64,000 nt of DNA, from IMG/VR virus record IMGVR_UViG_3300027974_001530. One strand, written 5' to 3'. This document shows, piece after piece, positions 55,019 to 63,075 of this stretch. The position numbers were made by a program, and so were the translations under genes. Below the pieces are notes generated by a model. It ran no database searches and was not told the origin of the DNA. It saw nothing but the letters and a program-made list of their open reading frames with translations. This DNA comes from a virus (taxonomy: Duplodnaviria > Caudoviricetes). Positions within the stretch are counted from its first letter, which is position 1. Each line of letters opens with the position of its first letter.

Positions 55019-56542
55019 TTAAGACCATCCTTGTTGTTTTGCAAATTCTTGCCTTTTTATTTTTGCGGAAGTCCTATCTGAAGGTCTCTCAACATTATCA
55101 ACAATCCAATCTATCCAAGTTCTTACGTCCTTCTCACTGTTAATTTGTTCTTCTTTTATTCTTTTTGACATAAACTCAACTTGTTTATTATAATCAAATA
55201 AAATTCTTAATTTTTCTTCATCTGAAGAAGTATCAACATTTACGTTATAGTTCTTCAAGAATGAAACTCCCATTCCACCACAAATATTATATTGCCATAA
55301 ACCAAAAGAACAGTATTTTTTACCATCAATGTTTATTGATCTATTTGAACTTTCCCCGTAACTTCCTGAATCCCCTTTAGCCTTAACGTTAAAAACACTT
55401 TCACCAAAAGCGTTTGCAACAACTCCTTTGGCGGCATTATCTGAAAGACCATAAGATTTTAAATCATTAAGAAGTTTTATTGGAACTACTTTATCAATTC
55501 CTCCACCTACGTAAATACTTTTATTAACACGTAAAATTTGGTTCCCTTTATCTGTTACAGTATTTGGACAAATATTATTTATTGTTTTAACTAAACTTTT
55601 AACAAATAGTTCATCTCCATAATTCATTTCACTATTAATGTAATCAAATACGTCTTTATATTTTTTCCCATCAATTTCCTTTCTTTCAACCATTTTATTT
55701 AGTTCATCAAGTTCATAACAACTACTTAATTTTTTAATTGCATCATGTATTGAAGTTTCATCGGTACCGATACCTTCTGAAGATAGTATTATTTTATTTA
55801 AGACTCCAGATACGGAATCAGTATTAACATCAACGTCTGTAATACCAAATCTTGAAGCAATACCACTTATATCCGATTCAGGTCTTTTAATATCTAAAGA
55901 ACTTAGAGCGGCTGCGGTTAATCCGGCTGCCGTACCCATTATTGTTTTAGTGTCAATAGGGGTTTCTTCACCTTTACTTGTTGTAATTGATAAATTACCT
56001 AATAAACTATTATCCACACCCTCAATATTACCGTTTACGTCAACGAAATCTTTAACATCACCAACTTTAACTGAAACGTGTGCATGATCAGGAATTCCTA
56101 ACTCACCCTTTACGATATATGCAAGTAATTGACCTTTTTTAATAGGATCCCCATCCTCAACAACAATATTTGTAATATGGGTATAAAAAACGTCAGGATT
56201 ACCACCACTACCCCTAACGGTAATACTGTCACCATAAATTCTTTTACCTCCACTAGATTTTAATCCGGGAGGGTTATCTGTAATTTTATCAACATATCCA
56301 TCGGATATTGAATAAACAGGTGTACCTTCAGGTGCCATTATATCGTAGGCGTTATTACTCCACCAATCCTTTCCTGTTGGGTCTGGATGTCTTGCGGCAT
56401 GTGAATTAGGTCCTCCTCCCCAAGTAGGATCCACTTTATCAAATATTTTAGTTGAAAATTTAGGTGCCGTAGTATCTATTGATTCATTAATTGACATTAA
56501 TGTTTTTATTCTTCTTATTTCTTCAGATAAAAAATGTTTCAT
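55019..56542 (-). CDS. Multidomain peptidoglycan hydrolase: leader, M23 peptidase, annexin-like repeat, phage-tail-lysozyme domain (start re-called at ATG 56542)
   Basis: M23: NNAYDIMAPEGTPVYSISDG, YTHI, HAHVS; annexin-like EGIGTDETSIHDAI; lysozyme: LSDNAAKGVVANAFGES, SFGLWQY, QVEFM; TATTTAT at 56558-56564. Confidence 0.8.
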   Translation of the reverse strand: MKHFLSEEIRRIKTLMSINESIDTTAPKFSTKIFDKVDPTWGGGPNSHAARHPDPTGKDWWSNNAYDIMAPEGTPVYSISDGYVDKITDNPPGLKSSGGKRIYGDSITVRGSGGNPDVFYTHITNIVVEDGDPIKKGQLLAYIVKGELGIPDHAHVSVKVGDVKDFVDVNGNIEGVDNSLLGNLSITTSKGEETPIDTKTIMGTAAGLTAAALSSLDIKRPESDISGIASRFGITDVDVNTDSVSGVLNKIILSSEGIGTDETSIHDAIKKLSSCYELDELNKMVERKEIDGKKYKDVFDYINSEMNYGDELFVKSLVKTINNICPNTVTDKGNQILRVNKSIYVGGGIDKVVPIKLLNDLKSYGLSDNAAKGVVANAFGESVFNVKAKGDSGSYGESSNRSINIDGKKYCSFGLWQYNICGGMGVSFLKNYNVNVDTSSDEEKLRILFDYNKQVEFMSKRIKEEQINSEKDVRTWIDWIVDNVERPSDRTSAKIKRQEFAKQQGWS

Positions 56543-56553
56543 ATATGATTTTA

Positions 56554-57036
56554 TCATATAAATACTTCGTCGGGTTGAAACCAACTTGGAATAACCCTGT
56601 TTTTCCAACTAACGATAAGTTTTTTTCCTTCTCGGTAATAATTTCTATATGATTCGATCACATCGTTTCCTATTTTAAATTCATCACCCATCGCTAATGG
56701 TGGGGATGTAAAATCAACATCGTGGATATTTGGTTTATTTATTAAACACCATTCTATTACATCCTGAGATTTGTGTCTTTTACCATATCGATAAGTGTAT
56801 TCTTTACATAACTCCAAACCAAGATCACATAAATAAAGATAATTTGAGAGGGACTCTCTAACCCATATTGAACATGGGTGATTTTTGTGGGATAATTTAT
56901 ATGGGGCCTCATTTCCAATTACCCAGTGAGTCCCACATAAAAGTTGTGCGGTTTCTAATATCATCTTGACAACGTGTTTATCACAATGATATTGAGCGCA
57001 TTTTTTTGTATCAAAATCTAAAAAGAAAATATTCAT
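56554..57036 (-). CDS. denV: Pyrimidine-dimer DNA glycosylase / endonuclease V-like protein
   Basis: MNIFFLD....CAQYHCDKHVVKMILETAQLL, YKLSHKNHPCSIWVR, EYTYRYGKRHK, SYRNYY; TATCTTTA promoter at 57041-57048. Confidence 0.75.
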   Translation of the reverse strand: MNIFFLDFDTKKCAQYHCDKHVVKMILETAQLLCGTHWVIGNEAPYKLSHKNHPCSIWVRESLSNYLYLCDLGLELCKEYTYRYGKRHKSQDVIEWCLINKPNIHDVDFTSPPLAMGDEFKIGNDVIESYRNYYREGKKLIVSWKNRVIPSWFQPDEVFI

Positions 57037-57072
57037 ACCGTAAAGATATGAACTTTAATTGTATTTACAAAA

Positions 57073-57681
57073 TTATTGTTGTAAGTGCGTCATTAAAACT
57101 CCACCTAAAGAGGTTGCATGAACCAATAAATGATTTATTGATTCAATGTCAAGTTTTGTTTTTCTTTTTGTGTAATCAAGACCTAAAGTACCTATAAACC
57201 TATCATCAATTGTTTTAATTGCAAATAAGTAACTTGATTTACATCCCGTGTCTTCGGCAATGTATTTTAATCCGTATGTTGCAATTGTTTCATCTTTGAA
57301 GTCGGACACCTCAATTACATCATTACTTAATAATTGATTTATTGATTTTGAAAATAAATTTACGGGAATATTATGAAAATTAGTTTGTACGGATTGAACT
57401 CCTGGATGTACTGTTTCGTACATTATTGAAAACTTAGCCATTGATTTACCTGTTGGGTAGAAGTTACCTCCATTGTGAAATTGAGTTATCCAAACTCTAT
57501 CGGCATTAAATTCATCTTTAATATGTTCTATTTTGTTTGTTACCAACTCCGCAACCCTCAATGTGTCTTTAACCATATCCGGTTTTTCTTTATTCTCTAA
57601 TTTCTTTTTAATATAAAGAAGTAATATGGGACCAACAACTCCTGTTATAAATGCTATTATAATTCCTACATAACTTTCCAT
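57073..57681 (-). CDS. Single-TM membrane protein with a GAF-like domain (holin-T-like architecture)
   Basis: TM residues ~5-23; then 'EFNADRVWITQFHNG...FSIMYE......GCKSSYLFAIKTIDDRFIGTLGLDY', a GAF-type strand pattern. Confidence 0.55.
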   Translation of the reverse strand: MESYVGIIIAFITGVVGPILLLYIKKKLENKEKPDMVKDTLRVAELVTNKIEHIKDEFNADRVWITQFHNGGNFYPTGKSMAKFSIMYETVHPGVQSVQTNFHNIPVNLFSKSINQLLSNDVIEVSDFKDETIATYGLKYIAEDTGCKSSYLFAIKTIDDRFIGTLGLDYTKRKTKLDIESINHLLVHATSLGGVLMTHLQQ

Positions 57682-57686
57682 ATTTA

Positions 57687-58340
57687 TTAAACTTTTTTAA
57701 CTAATGATCTTGAGATTTCAGGTGGAGTTATTTTTCCTACACTTAAAACTTTACTAATTCCGTCTTTTGTTCCCCAAGTATCTAAACTAGAACATTGAGC
57801 AATCTCTTTTGCTCCTTTATTTTTTTTCAATCCATTAACAATACAATCATATCTACCATTTGTCAATGTTTTTACGGTTGCTTCAATACCGTCCTTTTCG
57901 TTTTTATAATTTCTAACACCACTAAGACATTTACCCTCTTTTTTACTTAAACAATTCCAAAACGTAGATTCAGGCATAGATTGTGTTGTGTTAAATGGAT
58001 TGTATGAAGATTTTGCCCCTTCGGCTTGTCTCCAAGAATAAAAAAACGCCATATTTTCCTTTGTTATAGGTGCGTCTATTTTTTCTAAAACTTTTTCGTA
58101 GAATTTTATGTCTTCGTCTGAAGGATCTTCAATTTTGTAACTTTTATATTCTTTTGTTACTTCTCCTGTCTTTTCTTTTTCTTCAAAATCAACTCCAGTT
58201 AATTCTTTAAATTTTTTCTTAATATCTTTTATCGTATCTGATTTTTTTATGGTATCAAGAACATCAGAAAACCAACCTTCCTCAATAGAATTCATTTTTC
58301 TAATTCTGGTTTTTTCCGATTCTGAAATTAATTTCTTCAT
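57687..58340 (-). CDS. Lysozyme-like putative cell-wall hydrolase with N-terminal leader
   Basis: WRQAEG....YNPFNTTQ...GVRNYK...DGIEATVKTLTNGRY, a lysozyme/transglycosylase-like signature; TATTTAT at 58359-58365. Confidence 0.6.
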   Translation of the reverse strand: MKKLISESEKTRIRKMNSIEEGWFSDVLDTIKKSDTIKDIKKKFKELTGVDFEEKEKTGEVTKEYKSYKIEDPSDEDIKFYEKVLEKIDAPITKENMAFFYSWRQAEGAKSSYNPFNTTQSMPESTFWNCLSKKEGKCLSGVRNYKNEKDGIEATVKTLTNGRYDCIVNGLKKNKGAKEIAQCSSLDTWGTKDGISKVLSVGKITPPEISRSLVKKV

Positions 58341-58375
58341 ATTAATTTGATTTATATGATAAATATTACGTTAAA

Positions 58376-58404
58376 TTAAAAACCCCCAAAAAATTTGAGG
58401 GTTT
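58376..58404 (-). terminator. Probable terminator after the holin-like gene
   Basis: AAAACCCTC-aaattttt-TGGGGGTTTTT on the minus strand. Confidence 0.55.
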
Positions 58405-58422
58405 TACGTCTATCCACTAAAT

Positions 58423-58590
58423 TTATTTTTTATCGACAATAGACCAAATGGCACCTGTTAATGTCATTGCACCACCGATAATTTCGGTTACTACTGACTC
58501 ACTAGCAAGTCCTTTCATTATAAAGATACCACCAACGAATGTTAATCCGTGTCTGATAATCCCCATAATTTGTTCTTTAGATAATTTCAT
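58423..58590 (-). CDS. Small two-TM holin-like protein (55 aa); missed by the ORF track
   Basis: MKLSKEQIMGIIRHGLTFVGGIFIMKGLASESVVTEIIGGAMTLTGAIWSIVDKK: two hydrophobic helices, basic C-terminus, directly after the endolysin; resembles Pam3-gp28-type putative holins. Confidence 0.65.
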   Translation of the reverse strand: MKLSKEQIMGIIRHGLTFVGGIFIMKGLASESVVTEIIGGAMTLTGAIWSIVDKK

Positions 58591-58627
58591 AAAATTTATT
58601 TTTTTATAGTTTATTTTATTATAAATA

Positions 58628-59452
58628 TCACTTTAATAAGTTATAGTACTCTTTGAAGTGTTTTATTCTATCAGGTAATCCAATAGTTCCACCATTAACT
58701 CGTTTTGTAACTGCGGTAACTGTGACATCATCCGCCCCCTTATCACATATTGACCAAAGTTTGTTTGAGTCAAAAAAGAACGCTGCCGAAGCCAATGGAT
58801 ATTTGGTCGCAACAAGATCAGGATTTGACACACAATCCTCACCAATAAATTTTGTAAAACTCGTATAATTTCCTTTTCCTGTTAATTGTATGTAACCTCT
58901 ACCTCTAAATTTATAACCTTCTTTTGATGTCTCATCTCCGTTACTCATACGGTTAGCATATACCCTTGATGCGATCTTTTCAGGTTGTTTAGCGTATGAT
59001 TCGGCCAAGTTACCAGGAAAGTATTTACCAAACGTTCTTTTTAATCCGTCAGCAGAATAATTTAAATTTTCTGACACCGCCTTAAATCCTCCTGACTCGT
59101 GTCCACACTGTGATAAAAAGTGAGCAAGTCTAAGATTGGTTGTGATATTAAATTTCTTTGCAGTTTCAGGGATTTGGGCAATAACAACATCAGGAATATG
59201 ACCTTTTAATTTTTCAATGTTTAATGGTCCACCTGAAGGAATTACAAAATCTTCTTTAACTACCTGAGTTGTTCCGAACATTTTAGACCAAGTACCATCA
59301 CCAACAATACCATCTGAGGTTAATCCATTAGATAATTGCCATTCTTTTACCGCTTTTTCTGTTCCATGACCAAATGATCCGTCCGCAGTAAGTCCTAATT
59401 TTGTTTGGAGTTTTTTTACATCCTCTCCTTTGGATCCATTTTTTAATAACAT
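58628..59452 (-). CDS. Endolysin: PG-binding domains plus GH19 (chitinase/lysozyme) catalytic domain
   Basis: LKNGSKGEDVKKLQTKLGL.ADG.FG..TEKAVKEWQ...DGIVG..TW; RLAHFLSQCGHESGGF, FRGRGYIQLTGKGNY, VTKRVNGGTIGLPDR. Confidence 0.92.
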   Translation of the reverse strand: MLLKNGSKGEDVKKLQTKLGLTADGSFGHGTEKAVKEWQLSNGLTSDGIVGDGTWSKMFGTTQVVKEDFVIPSGGPLNIEKLKGHIPDVVIAQIPETAKKFNITTNLRLAHFLSQCGHESGGFKAVSENLNYSADGLKRTFGKYFPGNLAESYAKQPEKIASRVYANRMSNGDETSKEGYKFRGRGYIQLTGKGNYTSFTKFIGEDCVSNPDLVATKYPLASAAFFFDSNKLWSICDKGADDVTVTAVTKRVNGGTIGLPDRIKHFKEYYNLLK

Positions 59453-59464
59453 AGATTTTTTATT

Positions 59465-60139
59465 TTATTGTTTATTTTCTGTTGCGTATTTTATACCCAT
59501 AATAGTTCCCACTATTGAAAAGGCGTTTGTTAGAAGTATCCCAAATATATTAGACCAAGTAGCACTTATTACTTGAGTATCTTTACCCATTATAAGAGTA
59601 AAAACATACACTCCTGTGGTAACAATACCAACACCAATAATAATATAAAGAGCAACTTTTACTATATTGGATATTAATTCTGTTTGGTTTCTTTTTTGGA
59701 GTATATCCAAGTCGTTTAATGCGTTTGTTTTTGCCGTTTCTGACTGAATTCTAGCCTGTTCAGATTTAATCATTTCTTTTTGAAGTTCCTGTTGGATTTT
59801 TTCATTCCCCACTCTCCAATCCATCAATTCCTCGTTCTGTTTTTCTATTTGTTCTTTTTGTTCCTCAGCTTCTTTTAATGTTAACTGAAGATCTTCCATC
59901 ATTTTTTGATTTTCCACATTTAGATTTGATAACTCATTATTTTGCGTTTGAATTTTTTTTGTTATCTCCAATCTTTTACGTCTTGAATCTTTGTCTTTCT
60001 CCGAACACTTAGTTAAGTATGATTTAAATTCATCATTATCTGTTTCAAACAACTTGATAATATTTCCCTCAATCCCAATATTTTTGGAATCAAAGAGTTT
60101 AATTAAATTTTCTTCACTATTTGTATCTAACTTTATCAT
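59465..60139 (-). CDS. Coiled-coil protein with two C-terminal TM helices, in the two-component operon
   Basis: Long heptad region (~50-150), TMs ~160-182 and ~195-213; overlaps the receiver gene by 4 nt; 12 nt upstream of the endolysin. Confidence 0.8.
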   Translation of the reverse strand: MIKLDTNSEENLIKLFDSKNIGIEGNIIKLFETDNDEFKSYLTKCSEKDKDSRRKRLEITKKIQTQNNELSNLNVENQKMMEDLQLTLKEAEEQKEQIEKQNEELMDWRVGNEKIQQELQKEMIKSEQARIQSETAKTNALNDLDILQKRNQTELISNIVKVALYIIIGVGIVTTGVYVFTLIMGKDTQVISATWSNIFGILLTNAFSIVGTIMGIKYATENKQ

Positions 60140-60573
60140 TTATATACTTTAAAAGGTAATGTTCTATTTTTATACCCCTCATAATCCTTTCTGAACTCTT
60201 CTAAACGAGGTTCAATATCATCTGATTTAATAATCCAGAATTGAGCACCAGCCTGGAGCGCTTTTGCTTGTTCTTCCGGTTCGTTTGATGATGATATGAT
60301 ACCAATAACTACGTGATTACCATATTCAAAATTAACTTTTCTAATTAACTCTATACCATCAAAAGAACTACCAATTATGTTTAAGTCAACAAACACACAT
60401 TCAGGTTTATCATTATTGTCACCATCCTGGAACCATTTTTGAAATAGTTTTGCTGCCTCGTCAGAACTATTTAACGCATTTAAAGACAAACTTATGTCAA
60501 GTAACGAACAAGCGTCTTCAAATACCAAATGGAATAAATCCTCATCATCTACTAATAAAATTGAATCAATCAT
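60136..60573 (-). CDS. Single-domain response regulator (CheY-like receiver)
   Basis: ILLVDDED, phosphoacceptor VFVDLN, IISSS, AQFWIIKS; no output domain. Confidence 0.92.
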   Translation of the reverse strand: MIDSILLVDDEDLFHLVFEDACSLLDISLSLNALNSSDEAAKLFQKWFQDGDNNDKPECVFVDLNIIGSSFDGIELIRKVNFEYGNHVVIGIISSSNEPEEQAKALQAGAQFWIIKSDDIEPRLEEFRKDYEGYKNRTLPFKVYK

Positions 60574-60591
60574 TTTTTTCTTTTTTGTTTT

Positions 60592-62211
60592 TTATTTTAT
60601 TTTTATTTTTATTTTTGTTCCTATTTCATTTTTCTCACAGGTAATATTAAACCCGTGTTCTTCTAAAATAGCAACGCAAATATTTAATCCCAAACCAGTA
60701 CCAGATTCTTTTTGTCCTTCTTTTCTTGTATATGGTTTACATAGGTGGTCAAAATCTTCTTGTGTGATTCCTCTACCATTATCTTGAATGTAAACATAAT
60801 TCTCGTCTGAAGTTATTTTAACAAATTTAGAATCCGAATCATTATACTTTAAACCGTTTCTAATCAAGTTATCAACCGCAGTACAAAATAGTGCTTCGTT
60901 TACCTCAATAGTTGGTAACTCATCTATAATAACTTGACTAATATATGCAGTAGATGATAGATAATCAGATAGGATTAATTTTAAATCACATTCCGCTTTA
61001 TTTAAAACAACATCTTTTTTAACCAAATTGGTAAATTCGTAAACCCCTTTATATACTTTTTGAGAATGTTTTAAACCTTCTTTAATCATTCTAAGTGGGG
61101 ATTCTATTTTTAAATTTTTTATATCTTCAGGAGTTAATCTTCGTTCTAAAGAGCTTAATCCTCTTGGCATATATGTATTAATACCAGAGTGCATATCGTG
61201 TCTTAATATCTTTGCGGCATGCTCTAAATAGGTATTTTTCTTTTCAATCTCCATTTGTTGATTAATACTTTGGGTGATGTCAGTGGCGATTTTCATTACT
61301 CTATATGGTTTCCCATCGGTTCCTATGATGGGGTTATATGTCGCTTGGAGATAAATTAAAGATCCGTTTTTTTTCTTTCTAATGATTTCACCCATAAAGA
61401 ATTGACCACCTTTTAAAGTTTTCCAAAAGTTTGAATATTCTTCAGAGTCTTTTACCACATCTTCAACAAATATACTATGATGTTTTCCAACAAGTTCATC
61501 GTGCGAATCATAACCTAAAGTACTTAAAAATAAATCATTTGCAAATTTTATGTTACCATCTAAATCAAATTCAATAACGGCATTTGATCTGTTAATCGCA
61601 TTCATTCTATTTGATATTTCTTGTTCAGTCTTTTTTAAAGAAGTTAAGTCTTGACGAATTGACATAAACTCTAACAATTTACCGTTTTCATCAAAACTAC
61701 ATTTAATAAAAGTATCCACATAATAAAGACTTCCATCTTTTGCCCTATTGACACAAACCTCATTCCAAAGACCCTTATTCACAACAACAGTTTTATACAT
61801 ATTAGACCAAAACTCTTTTGGGTGTGTTCCAGAATTTACAATATTGTGGTCTTTACCAAGAACATCTTCTAATGAATAACCTGAGATTTCGGTAAATTTT
61901 TGATTAACGTATGTAATCTTTCCTTTTGCATCAGCTTTAGATATGATGGAAGAAGAATTTAAGAAATGTTCTAATTCTACCAATTTATCCACCGATTCTT
62001 TAGATACAGTATCTTTAGTGGAATTGATAAAGTCTTTAATTAATAACGCAGATATAGGGATGAGAGAAATAACCCCAAAAAATTCTAGCCATCTAGTTGT
62101 TTCTGTAGATTCTCGTAACCCAATAAGAACCGCAATTTTAACACACATAAATGCAATCATTAGTAAAGCGGCGATAACTAATGTTATTTTTATTCTTAAA
62201 CGATATTTCAT
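60592..62211 (-). CDS. Membrane sensor histidine kinase: 2 TM, PAS, PAS, HisKA-like, HATPase
   Basis: PAS1 ISKADAKGKITYVNQKFTEISGYS..DVLGKDHNIVNSGTHPKEFW...NRAKDGSLYYV; PAS2 AVIEFDLDGNIKFANDLFL..LGY...GKHHSIFV...ATYNPI; H-box LRHDMHS; N-box NLIRNGLKY; G1 QDNGRGI; G2 GTGLGL. Confidence 0.92.
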   Translation of the reverse strand: MKYRLRIKITLVIAALLMIAFMCVKIAVLIGLRESTETTRWLEFFGVISLIPISALLIKDFINSTKDTVSKESVDKLVELEHFLNSSSIISKADAKGKITYVNQKFTEISGYSLEDVLGKDHNIVNSGTHPKEFWSNMYKTVVVNKGLWNEVCVNRAKDGSLYYVDTFIKCSFDENGKLLEFMSIRQDLTSLKKTEQEISNRMNAINRSNAVIEFDLDGNIKFANDLFLSTLGYDSHDELVGKHHSIFVEDVVKDSEEYSNFWKTLKGGQFFMGEIIRKKKNGSLIYLQATYNPIIGTDGKPYRVMKIATDITQSINQQMEIEKKNTYLEHAAKILRHDMHSGINTYMPRGLSSLERRLTPEDIKNLKIESPLRMIKEGLKHSQKVYKGVYEFTNLVKKDVVLNKAECDLKLILSDYLSSTAYISQVIIDELPTIEVNEALFCTAVDNLIRNGLKYNDSDSKFVKITSDENYVYIQDNGRGITQEDFDHLCKPYTRKEGQKESGTGLGLNICVAILEEHGFNITCEKNEIGTKIKIKIK

Positions 62212-62215
62212 ATCA

Positions 62216-62261
62216 ATAAATATGTCCTAACTCTTTACTTTTCAAAGTGAGATATATTTAT
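62216..62261. promoter_or_regulatory. Divergent pair of TATTTAT motifs (62216-62222 minus; 62255-62261 plus)
   Basis: One motif precedes the kinase gene, the other the YkuD-like gene. Confidence 0.6.
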
Positions 62262-62278
62262 AATGAAAATTAATTATT

Positions 62279-62875
62279 ATGAGTTATACAAGAGAACAGG
62301 TTGAAACCGCAGTAAAATCCAAAGGTTATGTTTGGTTTGAAGATACATCAAACAAAAGTTACGATGTTAATATCATTGGGATCAGAAATGCCGCTACAGG
62401 ACAAAAAGTTACTAATGTTTTTGATGATTATTTAACATTATCCTATAAAGTAGACGGTCAATGGAAATTCCATATTTGGCCAGCAACTACAGATCCAGGT
62501 AAAAAAGGTGTTATGGAATACCATAATAAAGATGGTGTTGCAAGATTGGTTGAGGGTCAATATAGAGGATCTCACACAATTAGATTACATCAAGGTAAAT
62601 ACGAAGCTTTAGGTCAAGCGAAAAACGTTAAGGTTTATCGTGATGCCAATAAAGATCTAATTTATGATGAGAAAAAAATTACTGAAGGTGTTTATGGTAT
62701 TAACATTCATAAAGCAGGTGCCGATTCAACATATGTTGAGAATTGGTCTGAAGGTTGTCAAGTATTTAAAAAATCTGCGGATTTTGAGGAGTTCATGAAG
62801 ATTTGTAGAAAAGCCAAAGAAATACATGGTAACTCATTTAGTTACACATTAATTAAATCAACAGATATTAAATAA
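62279..62875 (+). CDS. L,D-transpeptidase (YkuD)-like cell-wall enzyme
   Basis: GINIHKAG...NWSEGCQVF matches the H-x(n)-S-x-G-C catalytic motif; no signal peptide. Confidence 0.6.
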   Translation: MSYTREQVETAVKSKGYVWFEDTSNKSYDVNIIGIRNAATGQKVTNVFDDYLTLSYKVDGQWKFHIWPATTDPGKKGVMEYHNKDGVARLVEGQYRGSHTIRLHQGKYEALGQAKNVKVYRDANKDLIYDEKKITEGVYGINIHKAGADSTYVENWSEGCQVFKKSADFEEFMKICRKAKEIHGNSFSYTLIKSTDIK

Positions 62876-62880
62876 AATTG

Positions 62881-62900
62881 AAGGGACTTAGGTCCCTTTT
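62881..62900. terminator. Bidirectional terminator
   Basis: aagggac-ttag-gtccctt-ttt. Confidence 0.75.
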
Positions 62901-62984
62901 TTATTTTTTGTTATATATCATATAAGACAATAAAACAATTCCCGCCAAAATAAAAGGGATTGAAATTCCGATAATAATTTCCAT
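62901..62984 (-). CDS. Putative 27-aa single-TM peptide
   Basis: MEIIIGISIPFILAGIVLLSYMIYNKK; ends at the terminator; TATTTAT at ~63004-63010. Confidence 0.35.
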   Translation of the reverse strand: MEIIIGISIPFILAGIVLLSYMIYNKK

Positions 62985-63075
62985 AACGTTTTTTTTAATA
63001 AATAATAAATAAAATACCCAAAACTATACCAAATGAGCGGGGTCTGTCCCATAATGAACAAACCCCACATTCTTT

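Noticed and set aside
56543-56608. ORF-track extended starts (56608, 44091, 27414, 63852, 6132)
   Set aside because: They overlap upstream genes or promoter motifs; downstream ATGs fit the promoter spacing better.
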